A DNA stretch of 62,937 nt, counting the filler, from Chiloscyllium plagiosum (taxonomy: Eukaryota): NCBI RefSeq assembly GCF_004010195.1. It is 5 parts of one record of this genome, joined end to end, with 100 filler letters (N's around TTAATTAATTAA, not from the genome) between each part and the next. Parts side by side here need not be neighbours in the genome. Positions count along the whole stretch, not along the records: positions 36,262 to 53,377 come from NC_057710.1; 4 more parts are not named here. One strand, written 5' to 3'. Shown piece after piece: positions 36,626-49,790 of the stretch (the first letter of the stretch is position 1; each line of letters begins with the position of its first letter). Made by a program: the position numbers and the translations under genes. The notes beneath the pieces were generated by a model. That model saw nothing but the letters and a program-made list of their open reading frames with translations. It had not been told where the DNA came from and made no database searches.

Positions 36626-39600
36626 AACTAATGGAATGTATGATATGTATTATATTTAGCTTTTGTTTATAATTTATCGTTATTTACACCATCTTTTTCC
36701 TGATCAAAGAACATATCTAAATACTATTCTGAGAGCAACAAAATTATGTATGAGTGCAGAATGTTCTTTTTTAAATGTTTGTACACTTAGTGAATATATT
36801 ATCAGCCCTGATTTCACGTTGCAACTTGTGTTATCTGAAAAGATAGGTTTTACAGTACAACCATGTTGAATTAAAGCAGTAAAATCAGATTCCAATTTCA
36901 ATGTTATTGTCTCAATTTCTATAATGTACATCTTGAAAGGCAAAAAGACATCCAGAACACTGAAATAAAATAGGAAAAATATCGTAATTTAGCCTGAGGG
37001 AATAAGGTAAACAAAGGTCTACTATGCACAGAGGATTAAAATGTGTAAAGGAGATTTGATGCATATTTTCCAAAAAACTCAACAGCTGTTTCTATCTCTA
37101 ACCCTTTTAAATATAATCTGTATTTGACCCTGTAAAATGAAAGTTCACCATCTTTTATCAGTGAGGAGTTTAAGACTTTTGGTCATAGTGGAATTGCTTC
37201 GCATTCATCCAGAGGGAGATTGCACCAGAAGTCATGAAGTTATTTGTCTTTGTCTCGAAGGTCATGGATTGTAAACTCAATGCCAATAGGTTCCAGGCAA
37301 AAACAAAATTTTGAATCAGACAATCCCTGTCCAGTCACAGAATGAAGTCCTTTTCTGTCCTGGAAAACAAGGTCATTTATTGGGAGCACACGATCGGCAG
37401 AGATGCAGGCTTGCTATTCTGACACTGGGGAAATCGTCAACACTTGAGACTTTGTTTAGTCCTCAGTTTCTGCTGAGAAAGTGAACAAAGGAAATTGTGT
37501 TATCACTTTCCCAAGTAAAGCAGAAGTCACCAATCAAATGCATTTCATTATCGAACTCTCTTAATACCTCTAGTGTCACCCATAAGGTTAGGCAGGTAAC
37601 AAATACCATAGAAGTCAGAGTTATAGTCATGAAATGCATTACTTCCCTCTGTAGTAGAGGTGAGGGTTAACTACAAGCAGAAGCAATTTAGTTTTCTTTT
37701 TATCTTTAAACTGTGGCTTTTAGCAGGTTTCCAATATTCTCCAGTTTCTCATCATTAGCAATCAGAGGCAATCACCACATCGCAAGGAAAAAGATGACCT
37801 GAATAGCAAAGAGAGTAAAATTATGCATGCTGTCACCGATTATAATCCTTTCCTTTGTTTTTACCATCCTGTAAATGCAAGTGAAGGCTGATTTTTAAAA
37901 AAATGCCTTTTTAAATTAGTTCACAGAATGTGAACCAGTATTTATTGTCCACATTTAATAACCTTGAGAAAATGGTGCTAAGCCATGTTTTTGATCTTTT
38001 GCAGACCATGTGGTATATGTAAATGCATAGTGCTGTTTCGGGCCCCGGAGAAGGGCTTTTCAGTCTGATGGTTAATGCCCAAAGCAGCTAATCTGGCACA
38101 CAAAGCATCCTGATGAAAAGGCTACTCAACCAGTGGTTGCTGTGAGACTTGCTCTGTTTTTATTTATCTCAAGCCTAGTTGGAGTCTACTGCAGTGCAAG
38201 ACAAGGTAAAGCAGCTAGTGTGTCTATCCACAGAAGGTCTTTTTCAACCTTTTCCCTTTCAGTGGTCTTTGACCATGGGCCAGACCTTTCCCAATTGACC
38301 ATTTCCTCCTAATACTTTCTGACCTGACCTCAGCCCTAGTCAGTTTCACAGTCAACCTGCACTCCTGCTCAGTGATATTAACCTCCATGAATAAATTTTA
38401 AAAACCACCTGGAATTGATACCTCAAGAGTAATCATGTTGCTTTTGAAAGCTGTCTGCAATTACCTACCTGCCAACATGGACAGAATGAAAAATATTTGG
38501 CATTCACATTTGAATGTTTATATTGCAAGGTTATATCATGCATTCAGGTTCTGTATGCTTTTGACAGAGGAGAATTGGAAACCATGTTAATGCAAACTAA
38601 TGAAGATTCATCATTTGTTTACACTACCTACATATTCACTCTTTACGGACTTCACTAGAAACTTCTTATCTCAAGTCCCAGTTCTATGCGATCTGCCACA
38701 ATCCGATATCACTGATGGCACACTCTGGTTTTTATTATGACTACTAGTAACTTTTTATTACTACATGTTTCCTTAAGTCTTTCATTCTACTCCTTAACCA
38801 TTAACAATTTTTTTACAATTCGTAACCCACCCAACTGAAGTATCTTTTGTCAGAAGCATTAATCTCCTATTGTGTCCTTAGGTCATTTTGATGAAGTAAG
38901 TGGCGTATGTGCTTCATTATTTTCTCCTTAGAATACAAACACATTGGCAGACTGGAATGTCAATTTCTCACAACTGCTGGCACAGGCACACGAGCTGTGA
39001 CACTGATGACCATTTGAAGGCAATAGTAACAAAAGAACTGTTGCAAAAGAGAAATCTTCCGGATCTGAATTATCAAAACTCCATAAAGAAGGAAGCAACA
39101 AACTGAAGTTCTCAATCTCTTGTTCTTCTTCTGTTTTCCCTCCACATGCTGGGGGATGCTTAAATATGCAACTTGAGAAAACACAGCATGGTTGGCTGTA
39201 ACACAGCAGCAGCATCCAAGACTCCTGTTAATGACAAAAAAACTATTCAACAACAATCCAGGAATAAATTGGGGGAATAAGAACAAAGACTGTTTCAAAA
39301 AGTATTCCGAAGATGAAGACATGGTGGTATATCTACTCTTAGTGTAAAATGTAATCTTTATGTAGGCATTGATCGGACTTCCTCTCTCCCTGTGGCTTGA
39401 ATCTGTTTCTCTGCAGATCGCCACAATTTGGGAACTTTGGCAGAGAGTAAGATTTCAGCATCATCTCTAACAGAATATATTTGAAATTTTGAGAAAATTA
39501 GACCTTCCTGGGTAGCTATGTGAAGAATGTGATCCATAGGAATTTCTTCTATCATTTTCTGAGCCTGAGAAGTGCTTGAATATTAACATGAGGCATTTTA

Positions 39601-40029
39601 TTCACAAAAGCAGCATTGGCAAGAGGAAGAAAATCTACTTTTAGTAACTCTTCAAATATTTCTCTATGGCCAGTATTTTCCATTGATAGTCTTATTCTCT
39701 TTAGATCTGGCACAGCATTTGCACACTCTTCTACTGCAGTGGGTTAATTTTCCTGTACTGCACCATTTCTAATGTATGAATCCCTTTCTGTTGGTTGTGC
39801 TGCAATATTTTCCTCTGGGAAACTCAGAGACTCCCGAATTGTTCTAGTTACTTCTATAAGTAGTCCTATTTCGTGAACTGTTGTTATCAAAATTTACTTT
39901 AATGAGCTTCTCTTTTCAGAACCTCTATTTCTTGAAGCAGATTTCCTGCAACTTTCATGCCTTCTTGAACAATATGCTGATCCTCCTCAACAGAGACATT
40001 TGGTCTCTCTTGGACATCAACTGCACTGT

Positions 40030-42830
40030 GAGTAAGTGAGGACTGCAGATGCCGTCAGAGTCAAAATGTGTGGTACTGGAAAAACACAGCAGGTCAGGCA
40101 GCATCAAAAGAACAGGAGAATCAATGTTTCGGGCATAAGCCCTTCATCAGGAATGTGGAGGGGGAAGGGGGCCGAGAGATTGATATGGCTCGGGAGAAGG
40201 TATCTGGGAAGGCGATAGATGGATGCAGGTGGGGTGTGATAGTAATAGGTCTGTTGGGACAATGGAGAGGATAGCTGGGAAGGAAGATGTGCAGGTAAGT
40301 CAGGTCAAGAGGGCGGTGCTGAGTTGAAGGGTTAGACCTGGGGTGAGGTGGGGATTAGGGGAGATTTGGAAACTAGTGAAGTCGATGTTGATCCCACATG
40401 GTGGGAGGGTCCCAAGGTGGAAGATGAGGCGTTCTTCCTCCAGTTATCCATCGGCTTAGATTTGGCAGTGGAGGAGGACCAGGACTTGTATGTTATTGGC
40501 AGAATGGAGGCAGAATTGAAATGGTCAGCAACAGGGTAGTGGGTTGTTGGGTTCATGTGTCCCAGAGATGTTCCCTGAAACCCTTTGCGGGTTGGCCATC
40601 CTGTCTCCCCAATGTAGAGAGACCACATCGGGAGCAATGGACACAGTAGATGAGGTGGGTGGATGTGCAGGAAAATCTCTGTCAGATGTGAAAAGATCCT
40701 TTGGGGCCTTGGAGGGAAGTGAGGCAGCAGGTGTTATACCTCTTGCAGTGGCAAGGGAGATGTCAGGAGTGGAGGGTGGGTTGGTGGCGGGCATGGACCT
40801 AACAAGGGAGTTACAGAGGGAATGGTCTCAGCAGGGTGGAGACGGAAATATATCTCTGGTGGTGGGGTCTAATTGTAGTTGGCAGAAATGGCGGAGGATA
40901 ATGTGCTGTATCTGGAGATGAGAGGAGTAGAAGGCGAGGAGCAAGGGTATTCTATCCTTGTTGTGGCTGGAGAGGTGGGGTTCAAAGGCCAAGGTGCAGC
41001 AAGCTGGAGGGCATTGTTGACCACCTGGGAAGGGAAATTGCTGTCCATGAAATAGGAGGCCCTCTGGGATGTGCTGGAGTGGAATTGCTGCTCCTGGGAG
41101 CAGATATAACAGAAGAGGAGAAATTGGAAGGGGATGCATTTTTTCAGGGGGAGGTTGGTGGGAGGAGTTGTAGTCCAGGTAGCTGTGAGAGTCAGTGGGT
41201 TTGGAATAGATGTCCGTGTTGAGTCCCTTACCTAAGTTCACAAGGACCATCTCCGACACCTTCCTCCCCTTCCTGGACTTCTCGATCTCCAACTTCAGTG
41301 ACTGACTCAACACAAACATCCACTTCAAACCCACCGACATACACAGCTACCTTGACTACATCTCTTCTCACACATTCTCCTCCTGCAAAATAAACACTAT
41401 CTCTTATTCCCAGTTCCTCCACCTCTGCTGTATCTGCTCCCAGGTAGAGCAATTCCACTCCGGAATATCCCACCTGGCCTCGTATTTCAAGGACTACAAC
41501 TTCCCCTCCCTTGTGAACAACAATGTCCTCCAGCACGGAGGTTAGCACTGCTGCCTCACAGTGCCAGAGACCCGGGTTCAATTCCCGCCTCAGGCAACTG
41601 TCTGTGTGGAGTTTGCACATTCTCCCCGTATCTGCGTGGGTTTTCTCTGGGTGCTCTGGTTTCCTCCCACAGTCCAAAAATGTGCAGGTTAGGTGAATTG
41701 CCCGTGCTAAATTGCCTGTAGTGTTAGGTGAAGGTGTACATGTAGGGTAATGGGTCTGGGTGGGTTGCTCTTCAGAGGGTCGGTGTGGACTTGTTGGGCC
41801 GAAGGGCCTGTTTCCACACTGTAAGTAATCTAATCACACCTTCTCCACTTCCCACTCCTCCGCCCTTGAACCCCACCTCTCTAACCCCAACAAGGACAGA
41901 AACGCACTCCCCCCGTCCTCACCTTCCATCCCACTAATCTCCAGATACAGTGCATTATGTTCTGCCATTTCTGCCACCTAATATCAGGCCCCACCACCAG
42001 AGATATATTTCTCTCCCCACCCCTATCTGTGTTCGCAGAGACCTTTTCCTCCATGATTCCTTCTTTAGGTCCACGCACCCCCAGCAAGCCATTTCTCTGC
42101 ACCTAATACCTTCCCTAGCCACCACAAGAGGTGTAAAACCTACACCCAGACCTCCCCTCTCACCTCCATCCAAGGCTCCAAAGGATCTTTCCACATCCAA
42201 CAGAGATTTACCTGCACATCCATCGACTCCATCTACTGTGTCTGTTGCTCTCGATGTGGTCTTTCTGCACTGGGGAGAGAGGACATCAACTCATGGAGAA
42301 TTTCAGGGAACATCTCTGGGACCATGCACCCAACAACCCACCACCCTGCGGCTGACCATTTTAACTCCCCCTCCCACTCCACTAAGGACATGCAAGTCCT
42401 GGGCCTCCTCCACCACCAAATCCACCAAAATAACTAGAGGAAGAATGCCTCATCTTCCTCCTTGGAACTCTTCAATACATGGCATCAACATCAACTTCAC
42501 TAGTTTCCAAATCTCCCCTCCCCCTATCTCATCCCAGGTCCAACTCTCCAACTCAGCATTGCCCTCTTGACCTGTCCTATCTACCCATCTTCCTTTCCAG
42601 CTATCCTCTCCATCGCCCCCACAGACCTATCACTATCACCCACCACATCCATCCATCTATTGCCTTCCCAGCTACCTTCCACCCAGCCACACCCACACCC
42701 CCATATTAATCTCTCAGCCCCCTTTCCCCTCCACATTCTTGATGAAGGGCTTATTACTAAAATGTCGACTCTCCTGCTCCTGGGATGCTGCCTGACCTGC
42801 TGTGCTTTCCCAGTGCCACACATATGATCC
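40030..42830. mobile_element. Large Penelope A inverted pair (minus 40030-41225, plus 41226-42830)
   Basis: Both arms carry the RT C-terminus (KPTD.HSYLDY.SSH), GIY-YIG remnants and a terminus with hammerhead; short flanking direct repeat cactgtg. Confidence 0.9.
41531..41835 (+). mobile_element. HE1-type V-SINE inserted in Penelope
   Basis: tRNA head, V domain and tail ccacactgtaagtaatctaatc. Confidence 0.92.
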
Positions 42831-43459
42831 ACACTGTGTTCAAAGAACAAAGCAATTCCTGCAATAAATTATCTATATCAGTGACACCTTCATTCTCTTC
42901 AAAGAACAAATTAAGTCTTCCATGTGATCTGGTTACCTTCGTCCTTGGTATACCATCTGGATCATCTCGTCACTTGTCAAAGTGAAGTGAAAGGTCCATG
43001 ATAACTTCATCTGATACTATGGATTGAGTTTTCTCAATAAAATCTGACTCATAGTGTATAGAGTCAACTTAAATTTCTTCTGCACCTGGCAAATAAAGAA
43101 GATTCAAAATTACACAAATGTCTCTGCCTAATAAAGTGCACAATGCCAAATAGGAATGAAATATCAAGTATTGGTGATCTCTGTCATGATATCAAAATGT
43201 AGCATGCATCAACATTTAGCTCATGAGTGGAATACCCCTTGTGCCATGCGATTGGTTGGAAGATGGTTGGAGAAATTCATAGTTATTATGGTGAGGTCTC
43301 TGGAAGAATGGACACCATCTTGTAAATGTAGCATTTCCCCAAAGAACAATACATTTACTATTCAGTATCTTATATATCCTGGTCTATTATAGATTGAAGT
43401 GGTCTACTTTTAATTTTTTTTTGTCCCATAGATGGGAGGTTTCTGCTGCTGTGGCTCCA

Positions 43460-44420
43460 CACTAATGATAAAAAACAAAAGAACTACAGAGGCTGGAAAT
43501 CTGAAACAAAAACAGAAATTGCTGAAAGATCTCAGTAGGTCTGGCAATATCTGTAGAGAGAAGTCAGAATTAATGTTTTGAGTCCAGTGACATTTCTTCA
43601 AATCTGATGGTAGCTTGGAAAAGAGTGTTTTTTTATGCAGAAAATAGGGTGGGGGGAGGGAATGAGGTAAGGAGTAAATGATAGGTGGAGATAGAGCCCA
43701 ACCAGAAAGGAGAATAGTTGGACAGACAAAGGAGTGGTTAAAGGTCAGTCTGGGGGAATACATTGGGAGTATTAAAGACTGACAATGGGTGTTGTGTGGT
43801 AACAGCCCATGTGATGCCAAGGCCTGGTGTGTTGGGGTAGGGGAAATCATGGGGAAATGCGCTCAAACCCTAAAACATTTGAACTCAATATTAAGTCCAG
43901 AATGCTGTAGTGTTCCCCAAGTGGAAAATGAGATATTATTCTTCCAGCTTGCACTGAGCTTCACTATAGTACTGCAGCAAGCCTGAGAGAGATGTTGGCC
44001 AGGGAACTGGGTGGTGTGTTGAAGTGGTAGGCAACTGGAAGCTCAGGGTCTTTTTTGTGGGCAGAATGAAGCAGTCACTCAGTCTACACTTTGATTCCCC
44101 AATATAGAGGACACCACATTGTGAGCAGTGAATGCAGTAGACTAGATTGCATGAAATGCAGAGAAAGCGCTGCTTCATCTGGAAGGTATGTCTGGGACCT
44201 CCCATGTGGAGGAAGGAGGAAATAAACAGAAGGTGTTGCATCTTCTGTGATTGCAAGGGAAGATGCCGTGGAGCTGTGCGAGACGTTGGGAATGAAGGAG
44301 AAGTGGACCAAGGTGTCCCGGAGGCAATGGTCCATGCGGAAGGTGGACAAAGGAGGGAAGGAGAATGTGGGTCTGGTGGTGATATTTCCCTGGAGCTGGC
44401 AGAAAGTGTGGCTAGTGATT
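43460..44420 (-). mobile_element. Penelope C with GIY-YIG remnant
   Basis: FLCISCNLVYCIHCSQCGVLYIGESKCRLSDCF. Confidence 0.88.
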
Positions 44421-44449
44421 CTTTGTGAGATCCACGAGGGAGATTCTTT

Positions 44450-44840
44450 TCCTGTCGCATCATAGATATGAAGCAGAAAGAAGCATATAGGCTATTCACT
44501 GCATTGAAAAATCCTGAAGGGTCTTGCCACGATGACTGCAGAGAGAATATTTCCTCCTTTCCAAGAATCTATAAGTAGGCGTCACTGTTTAAAAATCTGG
44601 TCTCACAGAAAATAGAGTGAAGGCAAAAATAAATTTCTAAAACATTTGTGATTCTTTGGAATTCTTCCGCTGAAAGGATGGTTGAGGCACAGTTCTTGAT
44701 TATTTTAAGGCAGAGCCCTACAGATTCTTGATAGGCAACAGTTCAAAAGTTATCCGAAGTAGGCCGGAATAGGATTTGATTCACAGATTTGTCATGATCT
44801 TATTGAATGGCAGGCTGAATGACTGATACCTGCTCCTACG
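44450..44840 (+). mobile_element. Old CR1 3' fragment
   Basis: KILKGL, IFPP..ES..RRHCLKI and LWNS remnants plus 3' UTR. Confidence 0.6.
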
Positions 44841-45448
44841 CCTCATTGGGTATTTATATTTTTCAGGTAGTTTTATGAATTCCCAGAGAAACTTTTGCCA
44901 AAAGATGTTCATCAAAGCTTGATGGAATCAATGTAAATATTCGATTCATTAGGCTTATATTTGCCTGACTATTGTGGTGCAATGTGATTCATGTGAATCA
45001 TGATACTGTACTGATCATGTGACCCTGAGATCAATAAAACAATAGATGTAGGAGCAGAATTAGACCTTTTGGCTCATTGAGTCTCCTCTGTCATCAATCA
45101 TGGCTGATATGTTTCTCAAATCCATTTTCCTGCTTTTTCCCCGAACCCTTGATCCCCTTACTAATTGACAGCTTAACTATCTGTGATATAAATACACATG
45201 ATTTGGAGATTCCGGTGTTGGACTGGGGTGTACAAAGTTAAAAACAGGTTATAGTCCAACAGGTTTAATTGGAAGCACACTAGCTTTCGGAGCGATGCTC
45301 CTTCACACAATGACTTGGCTTCCACAGACCTCTGTGGCAATACGTTCCACAGATTCACCAGCCTCTGGCTGAAGAAATTCTTCCTCATCTCAGGTCTAAA
45401 GGGTCGTCCCTTCACTCTAATACTGTGCCCTCAGGTTCTTGCTTCTGT

Positions 45449-45783
45449 GGGCAGCATGGTGGCTCTGTGGTTAGCGCTAGTGCCTCACAGCACTGGCGAC
45501 CCGAGTTCAATTCCAACCTTGGGTGACTGTCTGTGTGGAGTTTGCATGTTCTCCTTGTGTCTGTGTAGGTTCCCTCCAGGTGCTCTGGTTTCCTCCCACA
45601 ATCCAAAGATGTGCAGGTTAGGTGAATTGGCCATTCTAAATTGCCGATAGTATTCAGGGATGTATTGGTCAGTGGTAAATGTTGGGTAGTGGACCAGGTC
45701 TGAGTGAGTCCCTCTTCAGAGAGTCGATGTGGACTTGTTGGGTAGAAGGGCCTGTTTCCACTCTGGAGGGATTCTATTCTATT
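45449..45783 (+). mobile_element. HE1-type V-SINE
   Basis: tRNA head, V domain and (ATTCT)n tail. Confidence 0.92.
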
Positions 45784-48047
45784 ATTAGCTACTCTTTGTT
45801 CACTCTATCGAGGCCTCTAAGTATTCTATAAGTTTCACTCAGATGTCCCCTCATCCTTCTAAATTCCATCTAGTGCTCAATTGCTCCTCATCCAACAAGT
45901 CCTTCATCCCTGGGATCATTCTTGTCAAAACTCCTCTGGCCATCCTCCAAGGCCAGCATATCCTTTTTTAGATACAGGGTCCACAACTGCTCTTAGTATT
46001 CCAAAAACTTTAAACAGGCTCAGGAATAGTTCCATTTTCTTGTATTCTAGCCCACTCGAAACAAATGCTAGCATTGTATTTGCCTTCCTAACTGCCAACT
46101 GAACCTATATGTCAACCTTAAGAGAATCCTGAACTAGAATTCACAAATCCCCTTGTGTTTCAGATATCTGAAGCCTTTCCTTATTTAGAAAATAGTTTAT
46201 GCCTGTATTCTTCCTACCAAAGTGCATAATCTCACACTTTCTCACATTGTATTCCATCTTCCATTTCTTTGCCCACTCTCCTAGCCAATCCAATCCTTCT
46301 GCAGAATCCCTGTCTCCTCCACACAACCTATCCTCCACCAATCTTTGAGTCATCCACAAACTTACCAACAATGCCTTCAGCCCCTTTCTCAGGTCATTAA
46401 AGTGTAGTCCCGATGCTGACCTCTGTGGATTGCCATTCTGAAAATGACCCTGTTATTCCCATTCTCTATCTTCTGCCAGTCAGCCAGTCATCTATTCATG
46501 CCATTCCTTGCCCTGAACACCAGGGGCTGTAATGTTATTTAGCAGTGTCCTCTGCAGCATTGTGTCAAAGGTCTTCTGGAAATCCAAATACACCACCGTG
46601 TCTCTTTTGTCTGACTTGCTCATTACCTCCTCAAAGAATTCCAACACATTAGTCAAACATGGCCTCCCCTTGACAAAGCTGTGCTGATTCATCCTTATTT
46701 TATCATGCACTTCTAAGTACTCCACAATCTCATCCTTAATAATGGACTCTAAAACCTTCTCAATAACTGAGAATCGTCTCCTGTCTTCTGCCTTCCTTCC
46801 TTCTTAAACAGGGGTTTTACATCAGACATTTTCCAGTCCTCTGGTATGCTCCCCGATTCCACTGATTACCACCTCTAAAATCCTCAGCTATTTCATTCAG
46901 AACTCTGGAGTATAATTCATCTAATCTGGGTGATTTATCCCCCTTCAGACTTTCCTTAATGATCGCTCTGATGGTTACCTCTGCCCCGACTCACTTGAAG
47001 TTCTGGTATCCTGCCGGTGTCTTCCACTGTGAAGACTGATGCAAAGTAACTACAGTATTCAGTTCCCTGAATAAAAAAACTATTATTTGTTCCTCATTAC
47101 AACTTCTCCAGCCTCATTTCCCTGATGTCTTTTCTCACCACTTTCTCTTACACTTTATATATCAAAAAAGCTCTTACAATTGACTTTTAAACTACTACCT
47201 GGCTTGCTCTCCTATTTTACCTTCTCATCTGTTTATTGATCTTTTATTTGTGCTCTGCTGGTGTTCAAAGTCTTTCCAAACCTTTGGCTTCCTGTTAATC
47301 TTTAGCACATTATATGCTTTTCCTTTTGCTTTATGCTGTCCCTGACTTCCATTGTTAGCCATGGTTGCTATCCTCCCCTCAGTATGCTTCTCCTTTCTTG
47401 GGATGAATATCTGCTGTGCTTCCCAAATTACCCCCAGACACTCCTGCCGTTGCTACTACATTGTCTTTCCTGCTATACTCTGGCCAGCTCCTCCCTCATG
47501 TCTTTGCGGTTGCCTTTATTCATTTGTAATACCGTTACATCTGATTCAAGCTTCTCCCTCTGAAACTGCAAAGTCAATTCTGTCAAATTATGGTCACTGC
47601 CCACTAGGGGTTCCTTCACCTTACACCCCCTCATCAAGTTTGCACATCGCTAAATCCATAATTCTATGTTCCTTAGTGCTCTCTACCACAAGCTGCTCCA
47701 AAACAATCTTGTAGGCATTCAACAAACTCCTTTTCTTGGTATCTACTACCAACTTGTTTTTCCCAATTCATCTGTATATTGGAGCCCCCATGGTTATTGT
47801 ATTACAGCATTTTTTACAAGGCTTTTCTTTCTACTGATTTATTTTCTGTCCCATAGCCTGACTAAGAGGCTTGGGCATTTCTCCCATCAGGGTATTTTTT
47901 ATTTGAATTCCTCAACTCTACCCACACAGCTTCCATGCCTTCGGCCCTATATTGCTTCTTGCTTTCAATTTAATTTAATTTCTTACTAACAAGGTAGCCC
48001 TAACCCTCTATATCTGTCTATCCTTTCGATAGGATACATATCCTTAA

Positions 48048-49790
48048 GGTCAAAGAGCGTGGTGCTGGAAAAGCACAGCCGGTCAGGCAGCATCTGAGGT
48101 GCAGGGGAATCAACCTTTCGAGCATAAACTCTTCATCAGGAATGAGGGGCTGGACCAAGGGGGCTGAGAGATAAATGGTAGGGAGGTAAGGCTGGGAAAA
48201 TGGTATCTGGAAATGCGATAAGTAGATGAAGTTGGGGGTGAAGGTGATACGTCGGAGAAGTGAGTGGAGTAGATCAGTGGGAAGGAAGATGGACAGGTAG
48301 GACAGGTCAAGAGGGTGGTGTGAGTTGGAAGGTTGGATCTGGGATAAGGTGGGGGAAGGGGAAGTGAGGAAACTGGTGAAATCCACATTGCTCCCTTGTG
48401 ATTGAAGGGTCCCAAAGTGGAGACTCAGGAGTTCTTCCTCCAGGCATTATGTGGTAACGGTTTGACGGTGAAGAAGGCCCAGGACCTGCATGTCTTTGGT
48501 GGAGAGAGAGGGGGAATTAAAGTGTTTGGCCATGGGACAGTGGAGTTATTTCATGCGTGTGTACTGGACATGTTCTCTGAAGCATTCCTCAAGTAGGCAT
48601 CCTGTCTTCCCAGTGTAGAGGAGAGCACATCAGGAGCAACAGATACAGTAGATGACGTGTGTGGAAGTGCAGATAAATCTCTGCCGGATGTGGAAGGCTC
48701 CTTTGGGGTCTTGGATGTTGGTAAGGGGGGAGGTGTGGGCTTAGGTTTTACACTTCTTGTGGTGGCAGGGGAAGGTCCTGAGAGGGGAGGGTGGTTTGGT
48801 GGGGGGTATAGACCTAATAAGGGAATCACGGAGGGAATGGTCTTTATGGAATGTAGATAGGGATGGGGAGGGAAATATATCACTGGTGGTGGGGTCTGTT
48901 TGTAGGTGGCAGAAATGGCAGACAATAATGCAATGTACCAGGATTATCCTCCACTATTTCTGCCACTGAGAAATAGACTCTACCACCAGTGTTATATTTC
49001 CCTCCCCACCCCTAACTGCGTTTCATAAAGACCTTTCCCTCCGCAACTCCCTTGTCAGGTCCACGCCCCCCCACCAACCCACTCTCCCCTCTCGGCACTT
49101 TCCCCTGCCACCACAAGAATTGCAAAACCTGCACCCACACTTCCACCCTTACCTCCGTCCAAGGCCCCAAAGAATACTTCCACATCTGTCAGAAATTTAC
49201 CTGCACTTCCACACACACCATCGACTGTGTCTGTCGTTCCCGATGTCGTCTCCTCTACATTGAGGAGACAAGACGCCGACTTGTGGAACGCTTCAGAGAA
49301 CATCTCCAGTACATAGTACATGACCAGCCCTGTGGTGGAATACTTTAGCTCCCCCTCCCACTCCCCCAATGACATGCACCAAACCCTTACCACATAATGT
49401 CTGGAGGTAGAACGCCTTATTCTCTGCCTTGGGACACTCCAACCACACAGGATCAATGTGGGTTTCACCAGTTTCCCCATTTCTTCTCCCTCCACCTTAT
49501 CACAGATCCAACCTTCCAACTCAGCACCACCCTCTTGACCTGCCCTACCTGTCCATTTTCTTTCCCACCTATCCACTCCACCTTCCTCTCTAACCTATCA
49601 CCTTCACCCCCAATTTCATCTACCTATCGCATTCTTAGATACCTTCCCCGCAGCCCTATCCCCCTCCCATTTATCTCTCAGTCCCCTTGGGCCACCCCTT
49701 CATTTCTGATGAAGGGCTTATGCCCGATACCTCGATTCTCCTGCTCCTTGGATGCTGCCTGTCCAGCTGTGCTTTCCCAGCACCACACTG
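48048..49790. mobile_element. Penelope A inverted pair (minus to ~48935, plus after)
   Basis: CHHKNCKTC..FTCTSTHTIDCVCRSRCRLLYIEET; termini at both ends; a further terminus fragment at 49843-49941. Confidence 0.9.

Larger units (their letters stand above)
36730..43085 (-). pseudogene. Upstream nesprin-like pseudo-exons, including a long exon split by the Penelope at 40030-42830
   Basis: Acceptor tttatttgccag at ~43086; DNLLQELLCSL..VQEGMKVAGNLLQEIEVLKREA; VLQPTMLCFLKLHI*AS (~ALQSTLTVLAERMSTIRMKAS); MYIIEIETITLKLES (~MLVEIEQKVVALSE). Confidence 0.5.
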
